Below are positions 29,240 to 38,550 of a stretch of 60,767 nt of DNA, in pieces. Position 1 is the stretch's first letter; every line of letters starts with the position of its first letter. The notes beneath the pieces were generated by a model that saw nothing but the letters and a program-made list of their open reading frames with translations, was not told the origin of the DNA and did no database searches. Source of the stretch: Candidatus Bipolaricaulota bacterium. GTDB lineage: Bacteria; Bipolaricaulota; Bipolaricaulia; M55B111. The stretch lies in the NCBI GenBank assembly GCA_018335015.1, contig JAGXKX010000004.1:1-60767 (forward strand), read 5' to 3'. The position numbers were made by a program, and so were the translations under genes.

Positions 29240-29878
29240 ATGAAACGCGACAGGGTAATCTTCGACCTCGACGGAGTTCTTCTCGATTCGGAAACCAACC
29301 TGGACTGGCTGGACCGGGCCCTTACAAGAGCTCTGGTAGAACTGGATCTTCCACTAACCAGAGAAAACATGGAAAAACTCTACCCTGGCGGGCTCCAGGA
29401 TTTCGAAACCGCCGTGAAAGACTTACCTTTCTCTCCAGAAAAAATTTGGAAAGTCAGGGATAAACACTACCTGGCCGAAAAACTGGAGATGATCGACAGG
29501 GGGGAACTCCGACCATTTTCCGACGTAACCAGCCTGGAACGGCTCCAGGACGATTACTCGCTCGGCGTAATAAGCAACTCCCCCGAAGTGGCGGTCAATC
29601 GCTTCATTAAGGCTTACAATTTTGAAGACCTTTTCGAGTCCTGGGTTGGACGAAGCTCGGAATTAAATTCGCTAGAGGAAATCAAGCCCGACCCAGCACT
29701 ATTCCAAAAACTAAAGGGGGAAGTCGGGGACGGAAAATTCTGGTACGTCGGCGACAGAGAAGTAGATAAAATATTCGCCGAAAACACGGATATGGAGTTT
29801 CTCCACCTCACCAGAAATGGAGAAGGATTTGAAAGTCTCGACGAACTGGTTGATTACCTGCTCGAACTAGCAGAATAA
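29240..29878 (+). CDS. HAD-superfamily hydrolase
   Basis: IFDLDGVL, ISNS, KPDP, YVGD..D motifs. Confidence 0.9.
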   Translation: MKRDRVIFDLDGVLLDSETNLDWLDRALTRALVELDLPLTRENMEKLYPGGLQDFETAVKDLPFSPEKIWKVRDKHYLAEKLEMIDRGELRPFSDVTSLERLQDDYSLGVISNSPEVAVNRFIKAYNFEDLFESWVGRSSELNSLEEIKPDPALFQKLKGEVGDGKFWYVGDREVDKIFAENTDMEFLHLTRNGEGFESLDELVDYLLELAE

Positions 29879-29955
29879 CCTAGTTTTGTTAGCTGGGTGG
29901 GAAAACCCCCGGTCTTTCTTCCCCCCACGACGTTCAGCCGTAGGAGGGCGAGTCT

Positions 29956-30924
29956 TCAGTCCCAGAGTTCGTAGGTCTGCTCTCCGATCGGTTCGTCAAA
30001 AGTCTCGCCGTCTACCTTCAATCCTATCGCGTCCGAAGCCCGAGCTTCTCCGATAACGGCGGCCCTGATTCCGTTGTTACTGAGCAGTTCGAGCGCCTCC
30101 TGAACCTCGGCCGCGGGTACGCTCGCTATTAGCGCTCCCGAGCCGAATACCTTCAGCGGGTCTACTTCCGCGGCTTCACAGATTTTCTCGGTATCGGGAT
30201 TAACGACGATCTCCTCCCGCTCGATTTCGAGAGCCAGGCCGGAAGCCGAAGCCATCTCAAACAGACCGGCCAGCACACCTCCCTCAGTCGGGTCGTGCAT
30301 GGCAGTGGCGTAATCATTTAAAAGCAACCCTTCGGGAAGTACGCTTAGTTGAGTCAGCCGATCCGCTCCTTTATCCAGGTCTTCTTCGGCGACTTCGCCT
30401 TCGAGTTCCTCCCGGAAATCGGTTGCGAGAATGCCAGTTGCCTCTATTCCCGCTCCTTTCGTCAGAATCAATTTGTCTTCGGGTCTGACTCCTCCAGTAG
30501 GGATATATCTGTCAGCGAGACCGAAACAGGTAAGAGACAGGAAGGGCCTCTTGATACCGGAAATATATTCCGAATGCCCGCCTATAATAGCAATTCCAAG
30601 CTCCTGCGAGGAGTTGTCTATCTGTCTTGAGATCTTATCGAGATAGTCCTCATCGCCGTCCGGCAACAGGTAAGTAATCGTCATCCATCTCGGTTCGGCA
30701 CCCGAAGCCGCCAGGTCGTTGCTGGCAATATTGACGCCGAGCGTCCCGACTCTATCCCCTGCGTAAATAATCGGATCCGAATTAACAACCAGGACCCGAT
30801 CCCCCAGATCTATCGCCGCAGTGTCCTCTCCGTAGGCGGGCCCGACCACTACGGACTCGTCCACTGAGCCCAATCTATTAAATACGTACTGGTTAAGTCC
30901 ATCTGGGCCGACCTTACCTACCAT
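29956..30924 (-). CDS. AIR synthase-related (PurM/HypE-like) protein
   Basis: GEDTAA, SDPI, NDLAASGA, GGHSE, MHDPTEGG. Confidence 0.85.
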   Translation of the reverse strand: MVGKVGPDGLNQYVFNRLGSVDESVVVGPAYGEDTAAIDLGDRVLVVNSDPIIYAGDRVGTLGVNIASNDLAASGAEPRWMTITYLLPDGDEDYLDKISRQIDNSSQELGIAIIGGHSEYISGIKRPFLSLTCFGLADRYIPTGGVRPEDKLILTKGAGIEATGILATDFREELEGEVAEEDLDKGADRLTQLSVLPEGLLLNDYATAMHDPTEGGVLAGLFEMASASGLALEIEREEIVVNPDTEKICEAAEVDPLKVFGSGALIASVPAAEVQEALELLSNNGIRAAVIGEARASDAIGLKVDGETFDEPIGEQTYELWD

Positions 30925-30996
30925 CTCTCAATCACCCCGAACTGTCAGCTATGATAGCGGAAGGAAGGAAAATTTAAAAGAGCGAGGAAAAAACTT

Positions 30997-31096
30997 TGCC
31001 TCCTGTCCCTTACCTGGCTGCCGGGATTTAGTCTACTGGTAGGAGTTTAAGGTTAAATCAGTCCAGGTAAGGGACAGGAGGCATAGGAGGACAAAA
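30997..31096. repeat. MITE-like element, copy C (internal hairpin plus partial flank, no TIRs)
   Basis: 21-bp perfect IR at 30997-31017/31063-31083 around a reverse-oriented core, followed by TAGGAGGACAAAA flank. Confidence 0.8.
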
Positions 31097-31160
31097 CTCC
31101 CCAGCTGTTAACCATATAGCCTTAATAGCTCGTTTTCTCCCCGGGTTTCCAGACAACCAC

Positions 31161-32201
31161 CTAACTACTCATGTAGTTACGGGCATCCGCAATAATATCC
31201 CTGATGTCTATCTCTCCACCCGCAGTGGATATACATAACCCACAACCCGAGCACCCGTAGTCGCCGAATTCGTCGAAGGACCACCGGAATTTATCGTAGA
31301 ACATTTCTTTCATCCGGCTATCGGTCGGATCGTCCGAGTGGAGTTCGTGGTGAATATCCTTCAGGGTCGCGGAGTCCCAGACCTTGTCCTTGATAGCACT
31401 CTCCCCGTCTCCCTCCTGAATATTGTGTAAAGTAAGGGAGGTCGGACAGGCAAGAGTAAATGCCGTACAGTAACGGTTCTTCGCGGAGTACTTTTCCCAG
31501 AATGGAGCGTCGCGCGGAACTTCTCCGACCTCGGGGCTAACTTCAAAATAGGCGTTTTTGTCCTCGATCTTCTTCCGCATCTTTTCCCTGTGGGCTTCCC
31601 TCAGCTCTATCTGTTTCTCCGTAGCCTCGGTAAGAAGATGATCGTAACGATCTGCTATCTCGTGTCCTTTTTGGGAATCCTCCCCAACCTCGATCAACAT
31701 ATCTCCGTAATGGGGCAGGGTAGAAACGTTCAAATCGAACCCGGACTCTGGATAGGGATTGCCCCCGACCTTGTTACAGAAACAGGGATCGGCAATCTCC
31801 AGACAGTCGCAGGATATTATCGTCGTTTCCTCCCTTCGTTTCTTATAGAAAGGGTAACTTATTTCGCCCTGTTCGAACGCTCGGTCGAGTATTTCCAGGG
31901 CATTTATATCACACGACTTATAACCCAGGAGGGCTAAACTTTTCCCCTCTTCGCCAGGCTGGCCTTCGGGGAAAGTATGGAGGACGTTATTTGGGGGGAA
32001 GAAGAAGTCGTAACACAGGGCGTCGGTTCTCCGACAGTTCAATTGAAAATGGGTTTCTTGAGGGTCCCACTGAACGAACTCCCATCGGCTTCTCGGGCCC
32101 TCTCGTTGCTGACAAAATACCGGAAGAAAGATGTAGTTGTCCTCGGCCAGGTTGTTTACTAACTTTCTCAGATCCCACTCGGAAAGACTGTAAATTTCCA
32201 T
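31161..32201 (-). CDS. AsrA / sulfhydrogenase-beta (HydB)-like Fe-S protein with degenerate Cys motifs
   Basis: G..SCD..A...LD, CFC...G, C-terminal K.......GCSGCGLC....IDI; several Cys ligands missing. Confidence 0.7.
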   Translation of the reverse strand: MEIYSLSEWDLRKLVNNLAEDNYIFLPVFCQQREGPRSRWEFVQWDPQETHFQLNCRRTDALCYDFFFPPNNVLHTFPEGQPGEEGKSLALLGYKSCDINALEILDRAFEQGEISYPFYKKRREETTIISCDCLEIADPCFCNKVGGNPYPESGFDLNVSTLPHYGDMLIEVGEDSQKGHEIADRYDHLLTEATEKQIELREAHREKMRKKIEDKNAYFEVSPEVGEVPRDAPFWEKYSAKNRYCTAFTLACPTSLTLHNIQEGDGESAIKDKVWDSATLKDIHHELHSDDPTDSRMKEMFYDKFRWSFDEFGDYGCSGCGLCISTAGGEIDIRDIIADARNYMSS

Positions 32202-32287
32202 TTGTCCCCCCTATACGCGGTTCAAGGGAAAATATCCCCACGACCCGGACGAAAATAAAAGTTCAGAGAGACTGTCCAGTTACAATA

Positions 32288-32305
32288 TTGTGGACATGTT
32301 CACGT
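32288..32305. promoter_or_regulatory. Candidate Rex operator
   Basis: TTGTGGACATGTTCACGT vs consensus TTGTGAA-N4-TTCACAA; upstream of the Fe-S gene; rex is in the window. Confidence 0.35.
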
Positions 32306-32567
32306 TCTCAAAGTTATTATAGCATAGTTGAAACGATATGCCAAATATTCTCCATCGATTCCGGCTAAATGAACTGGATCATCGAGGTACGCTTCCGATC
32401 AGTTCGGAACGCCGGATATACCAGGTTTTATTAATCCCTTTTCCTAACGACTTGACAAAACTCTATTACCCGATAAGTTTTTAGGAGTTGCTTTACACCT
32501 ACGGGGGCGGAAATAGGTAAGGAGCAAGTTTTCCAAAAATATTTCATAAAGAGGTGAGATTTTTGAA

Positions 32568-33572
32568 ATGAAGAATCAAAAGGCAAAATGGGGTATAGTT
32601 GGCACCGCGAATATTGCAAAAAAAGCCCTTATCCCCGGTATAAGGGATTCAGATAGTTCCGAGCTTTACGCGGTAGGGTCCCGCGACGGGGCAAGAGCAA
32701 AAAGATTCGCGAAAGAATTCGAGATACCGGAAAGCTACGGGTCTTACGAAGGGCTTTTGGACGATCCTCGAGTCGAGTTCGTCTATATTCCACTGCCAAA
32801 CCACCTCCATCACGAGTGGACAATTAAATCGCTGAAAAGGGGGAAGCACGTTCTGTGTGAGAAGCCACTTGGTACCACCGCGGGAGAAGTCAGGGAAATG
32901 TTCGAAGCTGCAAAAGAGAACGACGTAAAACTGATGGAAGCGTTTATGTATCGATTCCACCCCCAGGTCCTTCGGGTCAAGGAATTAATTGACCGGGGAG
33001 AAATAGGCGAACCGAAATTCTTCCGAGGAGCTTTCTCTTTCCCGCTGGTTAACCAGGACCGGGAAGACGACATAAGGTGGAAGGAAGAGATGGGCGGAGG
33101 GAGTTTGTTGGACCTTGGCACGTATTCGATAAATACCGTACGATATCTCTTCGACGACGAGCCCCGGAAAGTTTTTGCCAGGTCTTCCTATCACCCGGAC
33201 CACACGGCAGACGCCGAAACCCAGGCGACCATGGAGTTTCCCGGTGACAGAACTGCCACGTTTGACAGCAGCTTCCTTCTCAGCGACCGGGCAAACTTCG
33301 AAGTCGTCAGCAGTTCGGGCGCTATTCGGGGATTTAACACCTACGGTCCAGGGCGATATAAACGTCTCAACGTCGAGATCGAAAGGGGCAACTCAAGGGA
33401 AATAGAAACGGTCAAGGGAGTAGACGAATATAGCCTGGAAGTAGACGAACTTTTAGATGCAGCTTCCAAAGATAGAAAACCCAAAATTACCAGGGAGGAT
33501 AGTATGAATCAAGCCAGAGTCCTGGACGCGGTGAAAGAATCGGCCGAAAACCAGAGCTGGGTGGAGGTATAA
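32568..33572 (+). CDS. Gfo/Idh/MocA-family sugar dehydrogenase
   Basis: WGIVGTANIA, PLPNHLH, KHVLCEKP, MEAFMYRFHP, GGGSLLDLG. Confidence 0.9.
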   Translation: MKNQKAKWGIVGTANIAKKALIPGIRDSDSSELYAVGSRDGARAKRFAKEFEIPESYGSYEGLLDDPRVEFVYIPLPNHLHHEWTIKSLKRGKHVLCEKPLGTTAGEVREMFEAAKENDVKLMEAFMYRFHPQVLRVKELIDRGEIGEPKFFRGAFSFPLVNQDREDDIRWKEEMGGGSLLDLGTYSINTVRYLFDDEPRKVFARSSYHPDHTADAETQATMEFPGDRTATFDSSFLLSDRANFEVVSSSGAIRGFNTYGPGRYKRLNVEIERGNSREIETVKGVDEYSLEVDELLDAASKDRKPKITREDSMNQARVLDAVKESAENQSWVEV

Positions 33573-33778
33573 GACTTGAAAATACCATCGGGAAGGTTTC
33601 ATAATCTAGATCAAATTCGGCTAGTTCCAGTTATGGTCCTTCACGGGTAGAGATGATTTAATTGGAAGAACTCCTCGAGAAAAAAACTTTCAACGGTTTG
33701 GTAAAAAAACGCAGGCGAAAAGACGACGGAAGAATAATTATTTATTATTCCCGGACGGAAAGCGGGGAGGGAGGTTAG

Positions 33779-34738
33779 ATGCCGGAACTCCGCTGGAACC
33801 CTATCCTTAAAAGATGGAACATAATATCCGACGCGAGGCAGGACCGGCCCGTCCTTCCAGAAGACAGTTGCCCTCTCTGCCCGGAGGTGCTGGAAGTACC
33901 CCGGGAGGATTACTACATAGTTTCGTTCGAAAACAGATTTCCCTCGCTGGAACGAGACCCCGAAACGCCGAACGTAGAAGGGGATTCATTCTACAAGGTG
34001 AGGAAAAACAGAGGAGTTTGCGAGGTCCTTCTCTATTCTTCCGATCACGACGCTTCCCCCGCCGACCTGAACCAGGAGAGGTTCGAGGACCTCATTAAGG
34101 TCTGGCGGGACAGGTTCGAGGAGCTATCCGGAGAAGATTTTATCGATTACGTCTACATCTTCGAAAACCGGGGTCGGGAGATAGGAGTAAGCCTGGACCA
34201 CCCTCACGGCCAAATTTACGCCTTCCCCTTTATCCCTCCCCTGGCCCGGAGATCGATCGAAAGCGCAAAGTCACATCATGAAAAATATGACGAATGTATT
34301 TTTTGCCGGGTTTTAGGAAAAGAGAGGGAGTTAGAGGAGAGGGTTATCTGGGAGGACGATTATTTCGCGGCTTTCGTCCCGTTTTACGCCCGGTTCCCCT
34401 ACGAAGTTCACCTCTACCCCAAACGGCACTTCCCGACGATTAAAGCGCTGGAGGACCGGGAACTTTCATCTCTGGCATCGGGCATTAAAACCGTGCTCAG
34501 TAAGTACGGGAACATCTTTCCGATAGACGATTTTCCTTATATAATGAGTTTCCACCAGGCTCCCGTAGACGACGGAGATTACTCCTATTATCACTTTCAC
34601 CTCGAATTTTACTCCCTTCAGCGAGGCGAAGACAAAATTAAGTACAGAGCGGGAGTCGAGACGGGAATGAACGCGTTTATATCCTCGCTTTCCCCGGAAA
34701 AGATGGCGAAAGACCTCAAAGAAACCCGCCCGAAATAG
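33779..34738 (+). CDS. galT: Galactose-1-phosphate uridylyltransferase
   Basis: CPLCP, FENRG..IG.SL.HPHGQ. Confidence 0.95.
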   Translation: MPELRWNPILKRWNIISDARQDRPVLPEDSCPLCPEVLEVPREDYYIVSFENRFPSLERDPETPNVEGDSFYKVRKNRGVCEVLLYSSDHDASPADLNQERFEDLIKVWRDRFEELSGEDFIDYVYIFENRGREIGVSLDHPHGQIYAFPFIPPLARRSIESAKSHHEKYDECIFCRVLGKERELEERVIWEDDYFAAFVPFYARFPYEVHLYPKRHFPTIKALEDRELSSLASGIKTVLSKYGNIFPIDDFPYIMSFHQAPVDDGDYSYYHFHLEFYSLQRGEDKIKYRAGVETGMNAFISSLSPEKMAKDLKETRPK

Positions 34739-34749
34739 CGGGATAATAA

Positions 34750-35913
34750 ATGAAAACCGATAGATTGAAAAAGGAGTTTACAGAATTTTTCGGTGCCGGT
34801 AGAGAACCCGAGATCTATCGTGCACCGGGCCGAGTTAACCTTATCGGCGAACATACCGATTACAACGACGGTCTCGTCCTCCCGATAGCTATAGATCTTT
34901 CGACGTACGGTCTATTCCGCCTCACGAACGAAGACAAAATACGGGTATACTCAGAAAACCTGGATAAATTTGAGGAGATCGAGCTCGCGAATCTTTCCCG
35001 GAGAAAAGGTAATTGGACGGACTACGTCAGGGGTGTCCTCTCGAGCCTGGAAAGTCGATCGAAAACTATCTCCGGGTTCGATCTCTACCTGAGCTCCGAA
35101 ATTCCCGTGGGAAGCGGGCTATCCAGTTCAGCTGCGCTCGAGGTAGTGACCGCCGTGGGTGCCATCAAGACGATGAACCTGGACGAAGTCGAAGATTTAG
35201 ATCTAATAAAACTCTGTCAGAAAGCGGAGAACGACTTCGTCGGGGCAAATACGGGGATTATGGACCAGTACGCATCTTACCTTGGCAGGGAGGGAGCGGG
35301 ACTCCTTATCAACACGGCCGAGCCTTCGCATAAATTTGTAGATCTCGGTCTGAAAGGTTACGAGCTTTTAGTGATCGATACCACTGTATCCCATACCCAC
35401 GATGACAACGAATACAACCGGAGGCGGAGGGATTGCGAAAGAGCGGTTAACGCGATAAACGAAAGTACCGCGGGGAAAACACTAAAGTCTTTGAGCGATA
35501 TACCCTCCGAGGAATTGGATGATATCTTACCCCAGCTTGAAGAAAGTCTAGCAAACCGGACCGAACACGTCGTCCGGGAAAACGAACGAGTAGAAAAAGC
35601 CGCCGGATTTTTTCAGCAGGGAAGAATAAAAGAGGTCGGAGAATTGTTCTTCGCCTCCCATGACAGTTTACGCGATCTCTACGAAGTTAGCTCCCCGGAG
35701 CTGGACTATCTAATAGAATTCGCCCGCGCCGAAGGTATTCCCGGAGCCAGAATGACCGGCGGAGGGTTTGGGGGATCGACCATACACCTGGTCCCCGAAA
35801 GTCAAATGGACGAATATCTGAAGAAAGCCTCCCGAGTATTCGAGGAGGAATTTGAAATAACTCCGGACGGATTCCCTGTTTCCCCGAGCGACGGAGCGAA
35901 ATTTCAAAATTAG
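34750..35913 (+). CDS. galK: Galactokinase
   Basis: PGRVNLIGEHTDYN, P.GSGLSSSAA, GIMDQ, GARMTGGGFGG. Confidence 0.96.
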   Translation: MKTDRLKKEFTEFFGAGREPEIYRAPGRVNLIGEHTDYNDGLVLPIAIDLSTYGLFRLTNEDKIRVYSENLDKFEEIELANLSRRKGNWTDYVRGVLSSLESRSKTISGFDLYLSSEIPVGSGLSSSAALEVVTAVGAIKTMNLDEVEDLDLIKLCQKAENDFVGANTGIMDQYASYLGREGAGLLINTAEPSHKFVDLGLKGYELLVIDTTVSHTHDDNEYNRRRRDCERAVNAINESTAGKTLKSLSDIPSEELDDILPQLEESLANRTEHVVRENERVEKAAGFFQQGRIKEVGELFFASHDSLRDLYEVSSPELDYLIEFARAEGIPGARMTGGGFGGSTIHLVPESQMDEYLKKASRVFEEEFEITPDGFPVSPSDGAKFQN

Positions 35914-36062
35914 CGAGGCATTTGCGCGAGAAAGGTTGTAATATTATTGTTTCTTGGTTAACCTCAATTAGGAAAACTTGAGTCAATTACCCCACTTTTA
36001 GAGAGTGGTTTGTAGAAATATTATTTTAAGGTTAGAAATTATGTTCTTTAAAATTTTGAGAC

Positions 36063-36170
36063 CCAGCACTCAATCGAGCCACGATATCAAGATTAAATTT
36101 GAATTGGCAAACAAACTAATTAATAACTACTCCACTTCGCACAGAGAACCGTTACTCGATTGAGTGCTGG
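36063..36170. repeat. 16-bp perfect inverted repeat around a 76-bp AT-rich spacer
   Basis: CCAGCACTCAATCGAG (36063-36078) / CTCGATTGAGTGCTGG (36155-36170). Confidence 0.7.
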
Positions 36171-36301
36171 ACCAAAAACAATCGATTCAACCCAAGTCAA
36201 AGAGCGGGCTCACTCTCGGCAGGTGGAGTTGAAAACTCTAATATGTTTTGGTAAATAAATCAACTATTGCGTTGACGCTGAGAAACAGCGGGTGATATTA
36301 G

Positions 36302-36529
36302 ATGATTACCGAAGAAGAAGTAGAAGAAGCACTAGATGAAGTCAGGCCATCTATCCAGGCAGACGGTGGAGACGTAGTTCTGGACGAAATCACCGAGGAT
36401 AACGTCGTAAAGGTACAGCTCGTGGGAGCCTGTGTCGGTTGCCCGATGTCGACAATGACCTTGAAACAGGGCGTCGAAAAGGTTCTGGAGTCTAAGATAC
36501 CAGAAATAGAAGAAGTTCAGGCAGTATAA
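36302..36529 (+). CDS. NifU/NfuA-type Fe-S carrier domain protein
   Basis: VRP.IQADGGDV, GACVGCP.S..TLK. Confidence 0.93.
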   Translation: MITEEEVEEALDEVRPSIQADGGDVVLDEITEDNVVKVQLVGACVGCPMSTMTLKQGVEKVLESKIPEIEEVQAV

Positions 36530-36598
36530 CTGTCATCTTGAGTGAACCCCGTACAGTTAGTATCATAAACGAACCAAAAGAATTAGGGGTGGGACAAG

Positions 36599-37027
36599 AT
36601 GGCAGCAAGTCTTAATCAGGTTATTCTTATCGGAAATTTAACCGAGGATCCCGAACTTCAATACACACAATCAGGAGTCGCAAGAACAACTTTTACCATA
36701 GCAATAAACAGACAGTACAGAGACGCCAACGACGAATTGCAGGAAGAAACGACCTTCGTCCCCATCACCACGTGGAGAAATCAGGCTGAAAATTGCGCCA
36801 CCTACCTCAGTAAAGGCAGACCCGTTGCAGTAACCGGAAGACTCAGGATTTCCAACTACGAGGACGACGAGGGTAATAACAGAAAGTGGACGAGCGTAGT
36901 GGCCCAAAACGTCCAGTTCCTCGGATCCGGCCAGGGCGAAAGACAGGAGGAAAAAGCCGAACAACCTCCTCCGGAAAGACCGGAACCCAGTTCTTCCGAC
37001 GAAGACGACGAGGAAATACCATTTTAG
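36599..37027 (+). CDS. ssb: Single-stranded DNA-binding protein
   Basis: LNQVILIGNL..DPE, YLSKG..V.V.GRL, acidic tail ending DEEIPF. Confidence 0.96.
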   Translation: MAASLNQVILIGNLTEDPELQYTQSGVARTTFTIAINRQYRDANDELQEETTFVPITTWRNQAENCATYLSKGRPVAVTGRLRISNYEDDEGNNRKWTSVVAQNVQFLGSGQGERQEEKAEQPPPERPEPSSSDEDDEEIPF

Positions 37028-37094
37028 GGGGTAAAGGCATTTAATCAACTAGAAATTAGATTATATTAGGTTTTGAATTAGATAAGTAATTACC

Positions 37095-37289
37095 CTCAGT
37101 TATTCACCAACGGCGACCTTGCTGTTTGGTCCGAAGAGGAGTTCCCCCCTTACCTGGCAACTGATTTAACCTTTTCAACTCAGTAGTAGACAAAATCCGG
37201 CAGCCAGGTAAGGGGGGAACTCCTAGAAAAAAGAAGTCAAAATATTCGTGAATTAAGCTTCGCTTTCAGGCAATGGAGAAAGATGTGAG
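37095..37289. mobile_element. MITE-like element, copy D (subfamily 2 flanks)
   Basis: Degenerate TIRs CTCAGTTATTCACCA / TGGAGAAAGATGTGAG; 22-bp perfect IR at 37137-37158/37203-37224; flanks match the reverse complement of copy E; no clear TSD. Confidence 0.75.
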
Positions 37290-37356
37290 TTTAATTGAGG
37301 CTAGATGAAAAGAACTGAGGATTAGAGGTTGAGGTCAGAAATAACTGAGTCAGGGA

Positions 37357-38550
37357 CTAGGTTAACTCTTTTTTAACTTCAGAGGCGAATTCGCCCGGCA
37401 ACTGCTTTAGTATCGTGGTCATTACGAGCGGGTTCTTTGCCATTTTTTTGGCAAGGGGATACAGGTGGTCGATATCTCCGTTATCCGCTATCCAATCGGC
37501 CAGATTGGGTCTATTAAGAAGCCTTAACAGCCTGGAGAGGTTTTCGTCCGAGACTACCTCCAGAATCCTGTGGAGCAACATCTCCCGGTTTAGCTCCCCC
37601 CCTACCTGGCTCATCCACTCCCTGTAGTAGTAATCCGAAGGGTTCTCCATACCGGATAGCCCTTTTAACGCCGCTTTTCCCGCAAGTTCGGCGGTAATTG
37701 AAATAGGATACAACCCACCGCCGGTTGTCGGCTTCACCTGTCCGGCAGCGTCCCCGACAGTTATTACGCTACCACCTGTGGAATGGTCGGGAATACCGAT
37801 CGGTATTACACCCGTACGAAACTCTTCGGGGTAATCCGCCCCGACCTTATCGAGTAAATTATTGAAGGATTGCTTGAGCTTCTCACCGTCGTTGGTGCCC
37901 AACCCCACCCGAGATTTTCCCCCTGTGGTAGGGATAATCCACCCGAAAAACCCGGAGGCTACCTCCTCGCCGAAAAAGACCTCGACGTAGTCGTTGCTGA
38001 ATATCTCCAGTTCCATCTCGGCCTGGATGGCGTAGATCAACTCCGAGGGTCGTTCAAGGTCAAATAGCCTTCGGACGTCGCTTCTGGGTCCGTCGGCCCC
38101 GATAATTACACTCGAGCTTATAGTCCTTTCCCGGGAGCCATCGATCGACCTAACTTTAACCTCTGAACCGTCTCTCGCAAATATGCCGGTCTTTGGCCGT
38201 ATTCTGACGCCCTTATCTTCTGCGCGGGAGAGCAAGTCGGCATTTAACCTATCCCTGTCTATGACGTAAGCTTTGACTTCCGAAGAAGAGAGCTCGAAAT
38301 CGTCCCCGCCAGGAGGGTGGACGAGCACGCCTCTGATCTCGTTTACTATCGCCCTGTTTCTGCCACCCAGTCTTTCCCAGGCATCAACACTTACCAGCCC
38401 CCCACAGGCACTGGATCGAGCCGGGTCGTCCTTCTTGTCGATCAGGATCGTATCTCCACCGCCGTCGGCAACGACTTCCGCGGCAATAGCCCCGGCAGGC
38501 CCCCCACCAACTACCAATACGTCAGTATCAATTCTATCCATCTTCACCAC
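37357..38550 (-). CDS. Geranylgeranyl reductase-family FAD oxidoreductase
   Basis: VVGGGPAG, CGG, IDR, IIGADG, F.WI.P, VGDAAGQVKPTTGGG. Confidence 0.85.
   Translation of the reverse strand: MVKMDRIDTDVLVVGGGPAGAIAAEVVADGGGDTILIDKKDDPARSSACGGLVSVDAWERLGGRNRAIVNEIRGVLVHPPGGDDFELSSSEVKAYVIDRDRLNADLLSRAEDKGVRIRPKTGIFARDGSEVKVRSIDGSRERTISSSVIIGADGPRSDVRRLFDLERPSELIYAIQAEMELEIFSNDYVEVFFGEEVASGFFGWIIPTTGGKSRVGLGTNDGEKLKQSFNNLLDKVGADYPEEFRTGVIPIGIPDHSTGGSVITVGDAAGQVKPTTGGGLYPISITAELAGKAALKGLSGMENPSDYYYREWMSQVGGELNREMLLHRILEVVSDENLSRLLRLLNRPNLADWIADNGDIDHLYPLAKKMAKNPLVMTTILKQLPGEFASEVKKELT

Noticed and set aside
29956-30924. Second hypE
   Set aside because: Lacks the C-terminal PRIC motif; better called AIR-synthase-related.
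37300-37319. Alternative right end of MITE copy D (GATGAAAAGAACTGAG)
   Set aside because: Alignment to copy E places the end at 37289; this looks like a stray TIR remnant without a TSD.
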